DNA of 64,000 nucleotides from an uncultured Nitrososphaerota archaeon (GTDB lineage Archaea; Thermoproteota; Nitrososphaeria; Conexivisphaerales; DTJL01): contig CAWJIE010000005.1 of NCBI GenBank assembly GCA_963842885.1, positions 224,001 to 288,000 on the forward strand, in the 5' to 3' direction. Positions 1 to 9,282 of the stretch are shown here, one piece after another (the first letter of the stretch is position 1; each line of letters opens with the position of its first letter). A model generated the notes under the pieces. The model was not told the DNA's origin. It ran no database searches and worked only from the letters and a program-made list of their open reading frames with translations. A program made the translations under genes and the position numbers.

Positions 1-1
1 C

Positions 2-196
2 CTCTCTCGTCAGTGGAGTAGGAGAGACCCTGCGCAAGTCGACCATCACAGCGGTCATCGCGGACGCGGCGTTGGAGAAGGCATCCTCCAAGGTCCGGCC
101 GTAGCTCTGGACGAGGGCGTCGGACATGTAGTCCAGAAGACGGAACTTCCGGAAGGATGTTCTGGTCCGCAAACGCCTCAGCTTCCCCTTACACAT
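2..196 (-). CDS. Archease (RtcB tRNA-ligase activator), N-terminal part, truncated by window edge
   Basis: Manual translation: MCKGKLRRLRTRTSFRKFRLLDYMSDALVQSYGRTLEDAFSNAASAMTAVMVD, matching the archease pattern (F/Y)xxLDHxAD..i.ayG.tLeeAF.nAa.am..vmvD. Not in the ORF track; the true start may be downstream of 196. Confidence 0.8.
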   Translation of the reverse strand, partial: MCKGKLRRLRTRTSFRKFRLLDYMSDALVQSYGRTLEDAFSNAASAMTAVMVDLRRVSPTPLTRE

Positions 197-241
197 GGTT
201 GGACTGGAGCCCTTAAAGAGTTGGGATGGGCGACCGCGAAA

Positions 242-252
242 CGTTTTAAAGG
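242..252 (+). promoter_or_regulatory. TATA-like box upstream of tRNA-Ser (may also serve the divergent archease gene)
   Basis: TTTTAAAG about 35-40 nt before the tRNA 5' end, in a GC-rich background. Confidence 0.5.
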
Positions 253-286
253 AAACCGCACATCATGCCCACAACGACCTGTTCTA

Positions 287-409
287 GCCGGGGTAGCGAA
301 GTGGATTAACGCGCGGGCCTTGAGGCCGAAGGCGGAGCTCCGTCTGCCGGTCGGAATGAAAGCCCGTGGCCCTTCATGGGCCGCGAGGGTTCGAATCCCT
401 CTCCCGGCG
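287..409 (+). tRNA. tRNA-Ser(TGA) with ~36-nt intron in the anticodon loop (325-360 if at canonical 37/38)
   Basis: Acceptor GCCGGGG/TCCCGGC, discriminator G, anticodon stem CGGGC/GCCCG with CT-TGA-G|A, long variable arm GGCCC-TTCAT-GGGCC, T-arm GAGGG-TTCGAAT-CCCTC. Confidence 0.92.
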
Positions 410-489
410 CTTCTTGCGAGTTCAGCTCTTTCCATACCCGTTTCCACACTACGAATGCATGGAATTTGGTCATCGGAGGCCTGAAGCCA

Positions 490-1617
490 TCAGGACACAA
501 GAGGCGTTTCCACGTTGGTGTTCCACCAGGGCTTGGACCAAGCTTTGTCGACGACGGGAAGGGCAGAAAGGATCCACCGCCCCATCTCCTGCACGTGCGA
601 CATCTGATGTCCGTTGAGGCCCTTGGTCTTCATCCAGTCCTCTCCCGAAACGAGGTTCTCCAGGTTCAGCCGGGTAGTGAGAAGCAGCTTCTGGTCGTCC
701 AGCGCCCGCCTTAGCCTTTCGATGTCCAACCGGCCGTCTCCTCCGTCAATAAGGAGAGCGGAGACGTCCAGCATGTCCTTCTCCTCCATACCGAGGATGG
801 CCCTGTCCTTCCTGTAAGGTGGATAACGGAGGATCCGGCAGGCGGCGCTCGCCGGAAGGCTGACGACCTTGGGGTCGTATTCGTTGATCAGCTGACATTT
901 GGATATGATGAGTTTCTCCATCCCAATGGTGTGGAGGTTCCTCTCAGAAAGGGCGAACTCCGCCTGCACGTTGATGCGGTGGCGCATCTCAATCTTGTCG
1001 ACAAGTATGTCAACCACGCTGGGCGAGGGCTGTCCGTCCTCGCCCCAGTCGATGCCCCTTGCTCTGTACCTTTCGCCTGCCCGCAGGGCGTTGAACCTCC
1101 TGTCGTTCGACGTAAGGAAGTGCATGTACTCGGAGCCAGCGACGGTCTCCAGATAAGAGAGTACCTGCACGAACTTCCCGGCCTGACTCTTGGGCAGGAT
1201 GAAGTCAAGGTCGTGGATCTTACGGTTCATGGCGCCTCCCACTTCGTTGGCGCTGGCGCTCAGGACCTTGACGGCGGCGCCGCCCATCAGAAGAGGCTGT
1301 AGGGGGGAGTCCAGCTTCCTTCCGTTCTGGGTGTTCCTGAACGTCGAGGGTGCCGTGGTCGCGGCCCAGAGGGCCACGACGGCCCTGCGCATCACCGTCG
1401 GCTTGAGGTCCACGTAGGAGGGGATCTTCAGGTCCTCGCGCAGCCTCTCGACGTCGACGTTGCTGCGGGGCTGCCTTTCGGCTTCGAACGTCTCTCCGCC
1501 CGGCCCAAAGTAGACGCGAACCCTTTCTGGTGAGGTCAAGGCAGCCTTACATTGTGCCCTGTGCGATGCGAGCATATATGTGGGTTGCTGGCGGGTTCGG
1601 CTTGCGCACCCACGCAA
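490..1617 (-). CDS. Uncharacterised nucleotidyltransferase-fold protein
   Basis: LLMGGAAV...RKIHDLDF (GG..DxD pol-beta-type motif) and C-terminal KD..D motif; true start probably ATG 1575 or TTG 1539. Confidence 0.65.
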   Translation of the reverse strand: MRGCASRTRQQPTYMLASHRAQCKAALTSPERVRVYFGPGGETFEAERQPRSNVDVERLREDLKIPSYVDLKPTVMRRAVVALWAATTAPSTFRNTQNGRKLDSPLQPLLMGGAAVKVLSASANEVGGAMNRKIHDLDFILPKSQAGKFVQVLSYLETVAGSEYMHFLTSNDRRFNALRAGERYRARGIDWGEDGQPSPSVVDILVDKIEMRHRINVQAEFALSERNLHTIGMEKLIISKCQLINEYDPKVVSLPASAACRILRYPPYRKDRAILGMEEKDMLDVSALLIDGGDGRLDIERLRRALDDQKLLLTTRLNLENLVSGEDWMKTKGLNGHQMSHVQEMGRWILSALPVVDKAWSKPWWNTNVETPLVS

Positions 1618-1809
1618 TCAACGGTGGAACAGTGCTTCCGTCACACCATTCGGCCCATACCGGATGAGTCGCCAGAGGACAACTCGTGGCTGGTTCGCAG
1701 CTCCTGAGCTGAGCGTCGCCAGTCGACATGGAACAGATGTTTTCTGGCTCGGCCTGCAAGATGTTCCCCCCCATAAAGGCTTAAATTGGCGCGGAGACGA
1801 CACCATGTT

Positions 1810-3405
1810 ATGACCGAACAAGAACGGTCATCCGTTTTCGTCAGAGAAAGCACAGGTCTAGTCAAGAACGTATCAATGTTCGACGCAATAGCTCTAAACG
1901 TAAGCAACATGTCTGCCGGAGCGGCCCTTGCGACCATCGGCTTCACGATGGTAGCCCTTCCTTCTTCCGTATCTGGCGTCAACCTAGTGGGTGCCTCACT
2001 CATAGCGTTCATCCTATCCATACCCGAAATAGTCGTCTACACTATGATGACGAGGAGGGTTTCACGCACAGGAGGGGACTACATCTGGGTGTCGAGGACG
2101 TACGGCGGCCTCTTCGGAAGCGCACTGTCGTTCATGGGCTACACCGTCGAAACCATGGCATATCTTGCCCTAATCGCCCTTTCCGCAATATTCGCAATCG
2201 GTTCCGTTGGCCTATTCTTCTACCCGTCTAGCTCCTTCTCCTTGGGCCTCGCACTGCCCGGAGATCTCGCCGGTTCGACGCCATACGTACAGCTCGTGGT
2301 GGGGGCGCTGATATTCGCCGTCCTGATAGGAATCAACATTTTCAAACCCAAGTACGGCTACAGGCTCGTCTCCGTCCTCGCTCTCGTGGGCGTGGTCGCG
2401 ATGGTGGTGGGGATACTCGCCCTCGTCAGCGCCGGCCAGACCGGCGTCGCGAACTACATGAACGGACTCTCCAGCGCCGTCGGCGACTCTTCGATCAACT
2501 ACACCTCTGTAGCGTCTAGTTACACGGGCTCCACCTTCAACTGGGCCGGATCACTGTTCCTTCTGCCATTCTTCGCAATCTTCGTCTACCCATGGCTCAA
2601 CGCCGGCCCCGCCGTCGCGTCTGAAATCAAGGGAACCCGCGGAATCAAGTGGAACGTCCCTATCGCCTCATTCTTGGTGATGATACTCGTCACCACTGCC
2701 TTCGGCGCGATGTACTACGCAGGCGGCTTCCAGTTCGTGACGGCCGCCCTTTCGAACCCGACGCTGGTATACGACTACTCGTTCAACTTCTGGACCCTCG
2801 CCATGGGTGCGGTGAACAACACCTACGTGGCCTGGTTCCTGGGCATCGGTTGGGTCCTGTGGACCCTGGCCGTGCTCGCATACGGAATCATCGTCACTTC
2901 AAGGTACATCTTCGCGCAGGCGTTCGACAGGTTCCTCCCTGAGAGGTTGGCCACAATCAGTCCCAGGTACGGCTCTCCCGTCGTTACGCTCCTCTTGGAG
3001 TTGGTGGTTACGGTAGGCTTGGTCGCGGCAGGCGCGGTGCTCTACGGAGGCTTCCAGTCGCTCTACGCGGCGGTAATCGCTTCGATGATCTACTTCTTCT
3101 TCGTCGGAATCGCAGCTGTCATCCACGCATTCAGGAACGAGAAGGGGACTTCGAAGGGCATTCTGTCGCTATCTGGAGGGCTGATGGCCGTCGTATTCGC
3201 ATTCATCGTTTACCAGTTCCTCACCAACCCCACGATATGGGGCACATCGGCAACAGCGTTGGGCATGCCGGGCTACGACTTCGCGTACATCTACGTCATC
3301 GTATCTTTCGTGCTGGGCATAGTGATATACCTGACATCGAAGAGCTACCACAAGAGCAAGGGCATCAACATAGACTTAGCTTATAAAGAGATTCCGCCAG
3401 ACTGA
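1810..3405 (+). CDS. APC-family amino acid/polyamine permease
   Basis: About 12 TM segments, VFVRESTGLVK start, RTGGDYIWVSR, SRYIFAQAFDRFLP; ATG at 1810 preceded by TTAAAT. Confidence 0.9.
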   Translation: MTEQERSSVFVRESTGLVKNVSMFDAIALNVSNMSAGAALATIGFTMVALPSSVSGVNLVGASLIAFILSIPEIVVYTMMTRRVSRTGGDYIWVSRTYGGLFGSALSFMGYTVETMAYLALIALSAIFAIGSVGLFFYPSSSFSLGLALPGDLAGSTPYVQLVVGALIFAVLIGINIFKPKYGYRLVSVLALVGVVAMVVGILALVSAGQTGVANYMNGLSSAVGDSSINYTSVASSYTGSTFNWAGSLFLLPFFAIFVYPWLNAGPAVASEIKGTRGIKWNVPIASFLVMILVTTAFGAMYYAGGFQFVTAALSNPTLVYDYSFNFWTLAMGAVNNTYVAWFLGIGWVLWTLAVLAYGIIVTSRYIFAQAFDRFLPERLATISPRYGSPVVTLLLELVVTVGLVAAGAVLYGGFQSLYAAVIASMIYFFFVGIAAVIHAFRNEKGTSKGILSLSGGLMAVVFAFIVYQFLTNPTIWGTSATALGMPGYDFAYIYVIVSFVLGIVIYLTSKSYHKSKGINIDLAYKEIPPD

Positions 3406-3411
3406 GACCCT

Positions 3412-4362
3412 GTGAAGACACGCATCTTTTTTGCCAGCGATGTACACGGCTCGGAGAGCTGCTTCAGGAAGTTCATCAACGCCGCAAAGTTCTACGATGC
3501 GAACGCGCTCATACTGGGCGGAGACATCACCGGCAAGGCACTCGTGCCCATCCTCGAGCGGCCTGACGGGAGGTTCCGCCTCTCCTTCGAGGGTGAAGAG
3601 GTCGTCGTCAAGAAGGAGGAGCTCCCCACCTACATCAAGACGCTTAGGAACAGCGGCCGCTATTACTTCATGGCGACGGAGGCCGAGGTCGCGGAGCTGG
3701 AGAAGGACAAGGCCAAGGTGGACGCGCTGTTCCTGGAGAGCATGAAGGAGGTACTTCGGTCCTGGGTCTCGTTAGCCCAAGAGAGGCTCAAGGGTACAGG
3801 GGTCAAGTGCTACATCTCCCCCGGCAACGACGATCGGCTGGAGCTGGACGAGCTGCTGCAGGACTCGGAGAACGTGATCAACCCGGAGGCCAGGGTGGTA
3901 GAGCTCGAGAGCGGGAACGAGATGATCACCCTGGGCTACGCGAACCCGACCCCCTGGAACTCCCCTCGAGAGGTTCCGGAGGATGAGCTGTTCAAGATGA
4001 TAGACGGAGTTGCGAGCCAGCTGAAGGAACCGTCGAAGAGTATATTCAATCTTCACGTTCCCCCGTATGGTACCGAGCTCGACAAGGCCCCGGCCGTGAA
4101 CTCGGAGCTGAAGTACACGCGGGAGAGGCTCGGTCAGGTCAAGATGACCAACTGCGGGAGCACAGCCGTACGAAAGTCAATCGAGAAGTACCAACCCATG
4201 CTAGGACTTCACGGCCACGTCCATGAGGCAAGGGGTTTCATACGGATCGGCCAGACCCTGTGCATAAGCCCAGGCAGCGACTACGTGGCGGGGACGCTCA
4301 AGGGCGCCATCATAGACCTTCAGGACGGCGCGATAAAGGAATACATGCTCACCAGCGGGTAA
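3412..4362 (+). CDS. Icc-like metallophosphoesterase
   Basis: DVHGS, GGDITGK, PGNDD, LHVPP, GLHGHVHE calcineurin-like motifs. Confidence 0.9.
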   Translation: MKTRIFFASDVHGSESCFRKFINAAKFYDANALILGGDITGKALVPILERPDGRFRLSFEGEEVVVKKEELPTYIKTLRNSGRYYFMATEAEVAELEKDKAKVDALFLESMKEVLRSWVSLAQERLKGTGVKCYISPGNDDRLELDELLQDSENVINPEARVVELESGNEMITLGYANPTPWNSPREVPEDELFKMIDGVASQLKEPSKSIFNLHVPPYGTELDKAPAVNSELKYTRERLGQVKMTNCGSTAVRKSIEKYQPMLGLHGHVHEARGFIRIGQTLCISPGSDYVAGTLKGAIIDLQDGAIKEYMLTSG

Positions 4363-4536
4363 GCCTCTCGGCGTTCGAGTCCGAATTTGTCCTTCAGAGG
4401 GTGTCCAGAATAGAGTCTGCGGCTGGCCTGGCCCCGCCTCTTCTCCTCGGCGATGAGCGACCCAGGCCCATGGGGCTGAGCCCGTAGAGGACCTTCGTGC
4501 CAGCTGGCTCAGACGACTTTACAGTCGACGCCCAGA

Positions 4537-5136
4537 TTACGGCAGGACCGCCAGGGCCAGTGAGACCAGGAAGGGCACCAGGAGCGTTATGATCACGCCG
4601 TGGAGGAAGCTCAGTGCTCCCACCTCGTTCCCTCCGACCGCCGAGATGACCGTCAGGGTGGTGTCCATAGTAGTCGCCCCGCCCAGAGATATCGAGCTCC
4701 GGCTGCCGAGCTTCCGTCTGAACAGCGGGTATGCGAAGAAGGTGAAAAGCTCCCTGAAGAAGTTGGAAAGGAACCCCGTAGCTCCAGCCAAGGCGCCGAG
4801 AGAAGCAGTGACCAAAGGGCCGTCGAGGGTGTACCAGCCCATCCCCAGGGAGGCGGCCAGGGCGCCCTTCAGACCCAGCGACGGAACGAAGGAAAACGCC
4901 AGCCCCGCCAGAAGGCTGCCGACGACCGTGCCTGCCGAAAGCAGCATTGCGTCCTTCCCGAGAGACGAGACGGTCTTCCTGTCGAGGCCTGCTCCGACGT
5001 CCACGGAGACGATGAAGACGAACGCCATCAGGAGGAGGTCGACCAGCGGAGACACCTCGCCGGCCGTTACACCATTCAGGTCGACGGACGACAAAATGAG
5101 GCCTGCAAGAAGGGAGCCGACCAGGAGGGCCGGCAT
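4537..5136 (-). CDS. LysO/DUF340 lysine exporter family (C-terminal part)
   Basis: GMGWYTLDG, NFFREL, GGATTMDTTL motifs. Confidence 0.85.
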   Translation of the reverse strand: MPALLVGSLLAGLILSSVDLNGVTAGEVSPLVDLLLMAFVFIVSVDVGAGLDRKTVSSLGKDAMLLSAGTVVGSLLAGLAFSFVPSLGLKGALAASLGMGWYTLDGPLVTASLGALAGATGFLSNFFRELFTFFAYPLFRRKLGSRSSISLGGATTMDTTLTVISAVGGNEVGALSFLHGVIITLLVPFLVSLALAVLP

Positions 5137-5150
5137 CGCCAGCTGTTTCT

Positions 5151-5420
5151 TCAGTCTCTCCTCCTCCCGCGGATGAGAAAGGTGACGACTGCTCCGGCGA
5201 CGGCCGCCGTCAATCCGAGCAGCAGAGAAGTGCCGGCCGCTTCGGGAAGTATCTGGAAGAGCGTCCCCCTCCCGAGGCCGATGCTCAGGCCCATCGAAAA
5301 GAGGAGGGCCGAGGCGGCGACTGCCGAAACCGGCCAGAGGTGTGGCTTCAGTCTCCGCATCCTGAGAATCTGGCCGAAAAGGATGCCGATGACGAAGACC
5401 GCTAGGACTTCCTCGAGCAT
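5151..5420 (-). CDS. LysO family transporter, small N-terminal subunit
   Basis: Three TM helices, LLFSMGLSIG motif, directly upstream of the LysO C-terminal gene. Confidence 0.7.
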   Translation of the reverse strand: MLEEVLAVFVIGILFGQILRMRRLKPHLWPVSAVAASALLFSMGLSIGLGRGTLFQILPEAAGTSLLLGLTAAVAGAVVTFLIRGRRRD

Positions 5421-5491
5421 AAGACTCCTGACCTGCGGTGCAGCCGCCTAATTTGCGTTGCCACGGCTGGCTCCATCGGAGGGCATCGTGC

Positions 5492-5959
5492 TCAGATCTT
5501 CTTCTTCAGGTAGGACACCGTATGGTCCTCCCTGAACCCCACTCGCCTCATGAAGTCGAGGGCCTTGAAGTTGCGAGTCTCGACTTCGCAGATGACGTTC
5601 CTGGCACCCCTCTCCCTCAACCTCCGTTCCAGCTCCTTGTAGAGCTTCAGGGCCACCCCCCTCTTCTGGTATCTCTTAGACACGGCTATCCATAGGAAAT
5701 ACCCGGTGGACCATGAGGAGCCGGTGCGCTTCAATACTCCGCCGAGGACGAATCCCACGACCCGCTCGTTAAAGAGGGCCACGAGACAGAGATCCTGGTT
5801 GTCAACGAAACGGGCGAGCAGCTCATCCTCCGTCCAAAGCCTTTTAGAATAGGAGATCTCGCTCGTGAACATGGCCTTCCCCAGCCTCCAGACGAACCCC
5901 AGATCATCTATGGCCATGGCCCGCACGGCCACGAGGTCGGCTGTCCTTCGTTTCAACAC
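5492..5959 (-). CDS. GNAT family N-acetyltransferase
   Basis: IAVSKRYQKRGVALKL acetyl-CoA motif A and N..AL.F....GF. Confidence 0.88.
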   Translation of the reverse strand: MLKRRTADLVAVRAMAIDDLGFVWRLGKAMFTSEISYSKRLWTEDELLARFVDNQDLCLVALFNERVVGFVLGGVLKRTGSSWSTGYFLWIAVSKRYQKRGVALKLYKELERRLRERGARNVICEVETRNFKALDFMRRVGFREDHTVSYLKKKI

Positions 5960-6121
5960 CCCGAATCAGGTTCATAGCGTATTTAGGCTTTAGCCAACGC
6001 TGGGGGGGGGAGGGTCGACAAGGTCACCAGTAAATGGACGACACTCTCCACAGACCGGTTCATTCTCCAGAGGTCGCCGCGAGTGGCGCGGACCTGTGCG
6101 GGCTCTCTCCCACAGACGAGT

Positions 6122-8308
6122 TCAGTGGATGAGGTGGAGGACGTTGATGAAGAGCGGGATGAAGACGATTGAGAGCGTATTGAGCAGCTTGATGAGCACG
6201 TGAAGTGAAGGGCCGGCCGTGTCTTTCAGAGGGTCTCCCACGGTGTCGCCCACGACCGCTGCCTGGTGGGCAGGAGAGCGCTTGCCGCCCAGGTGGCCCG
6301 CCTCGATGTACTTCTTGGCGTTGTCCCACGCGCCTCCCCCGGTGTTCATGAAGAGGGCCAGAGGGATGGCCGACAGCGTGGTGCCGATCACGAGGGCGCC
6401 TACGGCCTCGATGCCCATGAGCACCCCTATGACGATGGGCACGATGACCGCCACCAGTCCGGGGAGGACCATCTCGCGAAGCGCCGCCTTTGTGCTGATG
6501 TCGACGGCTTTGCCATAGTCGGGCTTCCCGGTGCCTTCGAGGATCCCGGGTATCTCCCTGAATTGTCTCCTCACTTCCTCGACCATCAGAGAGGCGGCCC
6601 TCCCGACAGCCGCGATGGCCTGCGAGGAGAAGAAGAAGGGGAGCATGGCGCCGATGAAGCCGGCGAACAGGACCGCCGGGTTGGAGATGTCCACGACGAA
6701 GGTGGTCTTGCCGAAGTAGGCGGTCGCCTGTTGAACGTAAGCCTGGAACAGCAGCTGCGAGGCGAGCAGCGCCGAACCGAGGGCGAAGCCCTTGGTCAAG
6801 GCCTTCGTCGTGTTGCCCACGGCGTCGAGGGCCTCCATCGTCTCCTCTGCGCCCTTCTCGCCCGACATTTCGGCGATCCCTGCGGCGTTGTCGGCGATGG
6901 GCCCGAAGCCGTCCAGCGCGAGGACCATCCCCATCACCGCGAGCATCCCCATGGCCGCCAAGGTCGTGCCGTAGATGCCGCCCGTGAACGCGCCTATCTT
7001 GGCGTTGGCTTCACCGAAAAGGGTCCCGAAGTAGTAGGAGACCAACAGGGCCCCTCCCAGCGATACCACCGGCAAAGCCGTGGTCTCCAGCCCTACGGAG
7101 AAGCCCATGATGATGTTTGTGGCTGCGCCGGTCTGGCTTGCGTTGGCGATCCTCCTGACAGGCGATCGGTCGCGGCCCGTATAGTAGTCCGTAATGAAGT
7201 CGATCAGGACGCTGGCGACAAGTCCGGAGAGAAGCGCGAAGTAGAGATAGATTGCGCCGTTGCTCGCTCCGAACAGGATATCGGTGGCGAAGAAGAATAG
7301 TATCGCGGCGACGATGGTCGTGACCGTGAGGCCCTTCCTCAGCCCCTTCATGGGGTTCTTCGCCTCGGCCTCGCTCAGCTTCACGAAGGGCATCCCCACG
7401 AGGGTGGCGAAGATGCCGAGGGCGCGGGCGATCAGCGGGAATACCAGGAAGATCAGGTTTCCTGTCGCGGCGCTGATTAGGCCTCCGATTATCATGCCTC
7501 CGATGTTCTCCCCAGTGGCGGACTCGAAGAGGTCCGCGCCCCTGCCCGCGGAGTCACCCACGTTGTCGCCGACGAGGTCGGCTATCACAGCGGGGTTGCG
7601 AGGGTCGTCTTCGGGGATCCCCGCCTCCAGCTTGCCGACCAGGTCAGCACCCACATCGGCGGCCTTGGTGTAGATGCCGCCGCCCAGCTGGGCGAAGAGC
7701 GCTATGAGGGAGGCCCCGAACCCCATCCCCACGATGCCGCCGGCGGCGCTCCGGCCCAGAGAAGAGGCTTCGGCGACGGTCAGGGTCCCGAAGAGCGCAT
7801 TGTAGCCGCTGTAGAACAGGAAGAGCACGGACACCCCCAGAAGCGAAAGTCCCACGACGGCGAAGCCCATGGTCGCTCCGCCGTAGAAGGCCGTCTTCAG
7901 GGCACTCTCGGCGCTGTCTTGGGCGGCGGCCACAGTCCTCAGGTTCGCCTTTGTGGCGTTGTCCATGGCGATGTAGCCGGCGGCCAGGGACGCGACGGCA
8001 CCCACCAGGAAGGCCACCGCCGTGCCGAGGCCCAGGTTGGGTGCTACGGCCATCAGGACGAAGATGATCGCCGTGATGACGATGATGGTTGTGTACTGCC
8101 TTCTGAGGAAGGCGTAGGCTCCCACCCGGATGGCCGAAGCCACCTCGATGGCCTTGGGAGCCCCCTTGTTCATTCTCCCTATCTTCCTCATGAGGAGGAG
8201 GGAGACTGCGATGGCCAGCGCGCCCGAAATGGGGGCCAGCCAGAAGACGGAGGTCGAATCGAATGTAACGCCGAGGATGGATTGTGTTGCTAGCAGCACA
8301 AATGACAC
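6122..8308 (-). CDS. hppA: Membrane-bound H+-translocating pyrophosphatase, K+-independent type
   Basis: GGGIYTKAADVGADLVGK, EDDPRN, DNVGD, GGAWDNAKK, GDTVGDPLKDT; GNTTKA (Lys) marks K+ independence. Confidence 0.97.
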   Translation of the reverse strand: MSFVLLATQSILGVTFDSTSVFWLAPISGALAIAVSLLLMRKIGRMNKGAPKAIEVASAIRVGAYAFLRRQYTTIIVITAIIFVLMAVAPNLGLGTAVAFLVGAVASLAAGYIAMDNATKANLRTVAAAQDSAESALKTAFYGGATMGFAVVGLSLLGVSVLFLFYSGYNALFGTLTVAEASSLGRSAAGGIVGMGFGASLIALFAQLGGGIYTKAADVGADLVGKLEAGIPEDDPRNPAVIADLVGDNVGDSAGRGADLFESATGENIGGMIIGGLISAATGNLIFLVFPLIARALGIFATLVGMPFVKLSEAEAKNPMKGLRKGLTVTTIVAAILFFFATDILFGASNGAIYLYFALLSGLVASVLIDFITDYYTGRDRSPVRRIANASQTGAATNIIMGFSVGLETTALPVVSLGGALLVSYYFGTLFGEANAKIGAFTGGIYGTTLAAMGMLAVMGMVLALDGFGPIADNAAGIAEMSGEKGAEETMEALDAVGNTTKALTKGFALGSALLASQLLFQAYVQQATAYFGKTTFVVDISNPAVLFAGFIGAMLPFFFSSQAIAAVGRAASLMVEEVRRQFREIPGILEGTGKPDYGKAVDISTKAALREMVLPGLVAVIVPIVIGVLMGIEAVGALVIGTTLSAIPLALFMNTGGGAWDNAKKYIEAGHLGGKRSPAHQAAVVGDTVGDPLKDTAGPSLHVLIKLLNTLSIVFIPLFINVLHLIH

Positions 8309-8377
8309 CTTGCTTACGACAGCCCATGTTTATGACTGTAAATAAATAGTTTGTTACAGCGTCACGGAAGAACAGGA

Positions 8378-8692
8378 CTACTTGGTCTTGAGCTTGATCT
8401 CTATGTTGACGGTGTCAGGGATCCTGAGGCGTGTCAGCTGGGCGATGGTGCGCTCGTTGGCATCGATGTCGATGAGCCTCCGATGGATCTTGAGGTCCCA
8501 CTTGTCGAAGGTATGCGTCCCCTGACCTGAAGGGGCCTTTCGAGTGACGATCCTTAGCTTCTTCGTCGGGAGCGGCACGGGCCCTCTTACGTTGATGCCC
8601 GTCTTCTCGCCCAGGTCCTTGATGTCCTTGCTGACCCTCTCGAGGTCGTCTAGGCTGGTCGATACGAGCTTAATCCTAGCAATCTGTGGCAT
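8378..8692 (-). CDS. rpsJ: 30S ribosomal protein uS10
   Basis: RGPVPLPTKKL..TRKAPSGQGTHTFDKW..KIHRRLIDI archaeal S10 signature. Confidence 0.97.
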   Translation of the reverse strand: MPQIARIKLVSTSLDDLERVSKDIKDLGEKTGINVRGPVPLPTKKLRIVTRKAPSGQGTHTFDKWDLKIHRRLIDIDANERTIAQLTRLRIPDTVNIEIKLKTK

Positions 8693-8748
8693 GTGTGGTC
8701 AGCCTTCCGAAGCTTGAAGAGTTCCTCTTTTAAAGTTTGTTGGGATGG

Positions 8749-9039
8749 TTACTCTTCGATGGAGAGCTTGCCGTACTTCCCGACGTTGAGCCTCATCTCG
8801 CCGCGGAAAGTGCTTACGTAGCCGTTCTCTATCTTCAGCTTGTCGCCCACCTTCACCTTGGTGGCGAGCTCGTTCCAGAGGGTGAGTGTCGCCGTCCCGG
8901 AGTCATCCTCGACGGTGATATCTGCGACCGTGGCCCTTTCGCCCGTCTTGAGCGAAACTTCGCGCGGAGAAGAGGTTTCCTTCACCGTTACGTCGACGAA
9001 GACCCTCCGTGAGTCGGGTCTCAGCTCTTTCAGCTTCAA
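8749..9039 (-). CDS. Single OB-fold ssDNA-binding protein (crenarchaeal SSB-like)
   Basis: DDSGTATLTLWNE...GDKLKIENGYV..FRGEMRLNVGKYG. Confidence 0.88.
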   Translation of the reverse strand: MKLKELRPDSRRVFVDVTVKETSSPREVSLKTGERATVADITVEDDSGTATLTLWNELATKVKVGDKLKIENGYVSTFRGEMRLNVGKYGKLSIEE

Positions 9040-9282
9040 ACTAATCTGCGCAACTACTGGAGGAGTCCATATTTAAACGTAACAAGGCACAGACGGCCGT
9101 GCCTTCCAGAGCCATCGGCATGGGAGAGCTCATGGGACGCTGAGGACGGGCGTCCCACCTTCTATGTCCCCAACAGGGCGTTGCATGAGGGCTCAGGTCC
9201 ACCGAGTTCGCCACCCCTACGAAGGCGACGAAGCTTTTATAGTGGAGACAAAAACACGAATTGAAGAGAGCGCACAGGCACT

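Noticed and set aside
6002-6013. Poly-G tract as a phase-variation site
   Set aside because: Intergenic, upstream of the apparent GNAT promoter, and homopolymer length is unreliable in this assembly.
6266-7300. Long antisense ORFs (also 12012-13097, 18146-19168 and others)
   Set aside because: Shadow ORFs of GC-rich genes opposite well-supported CDSs, with no motifs.
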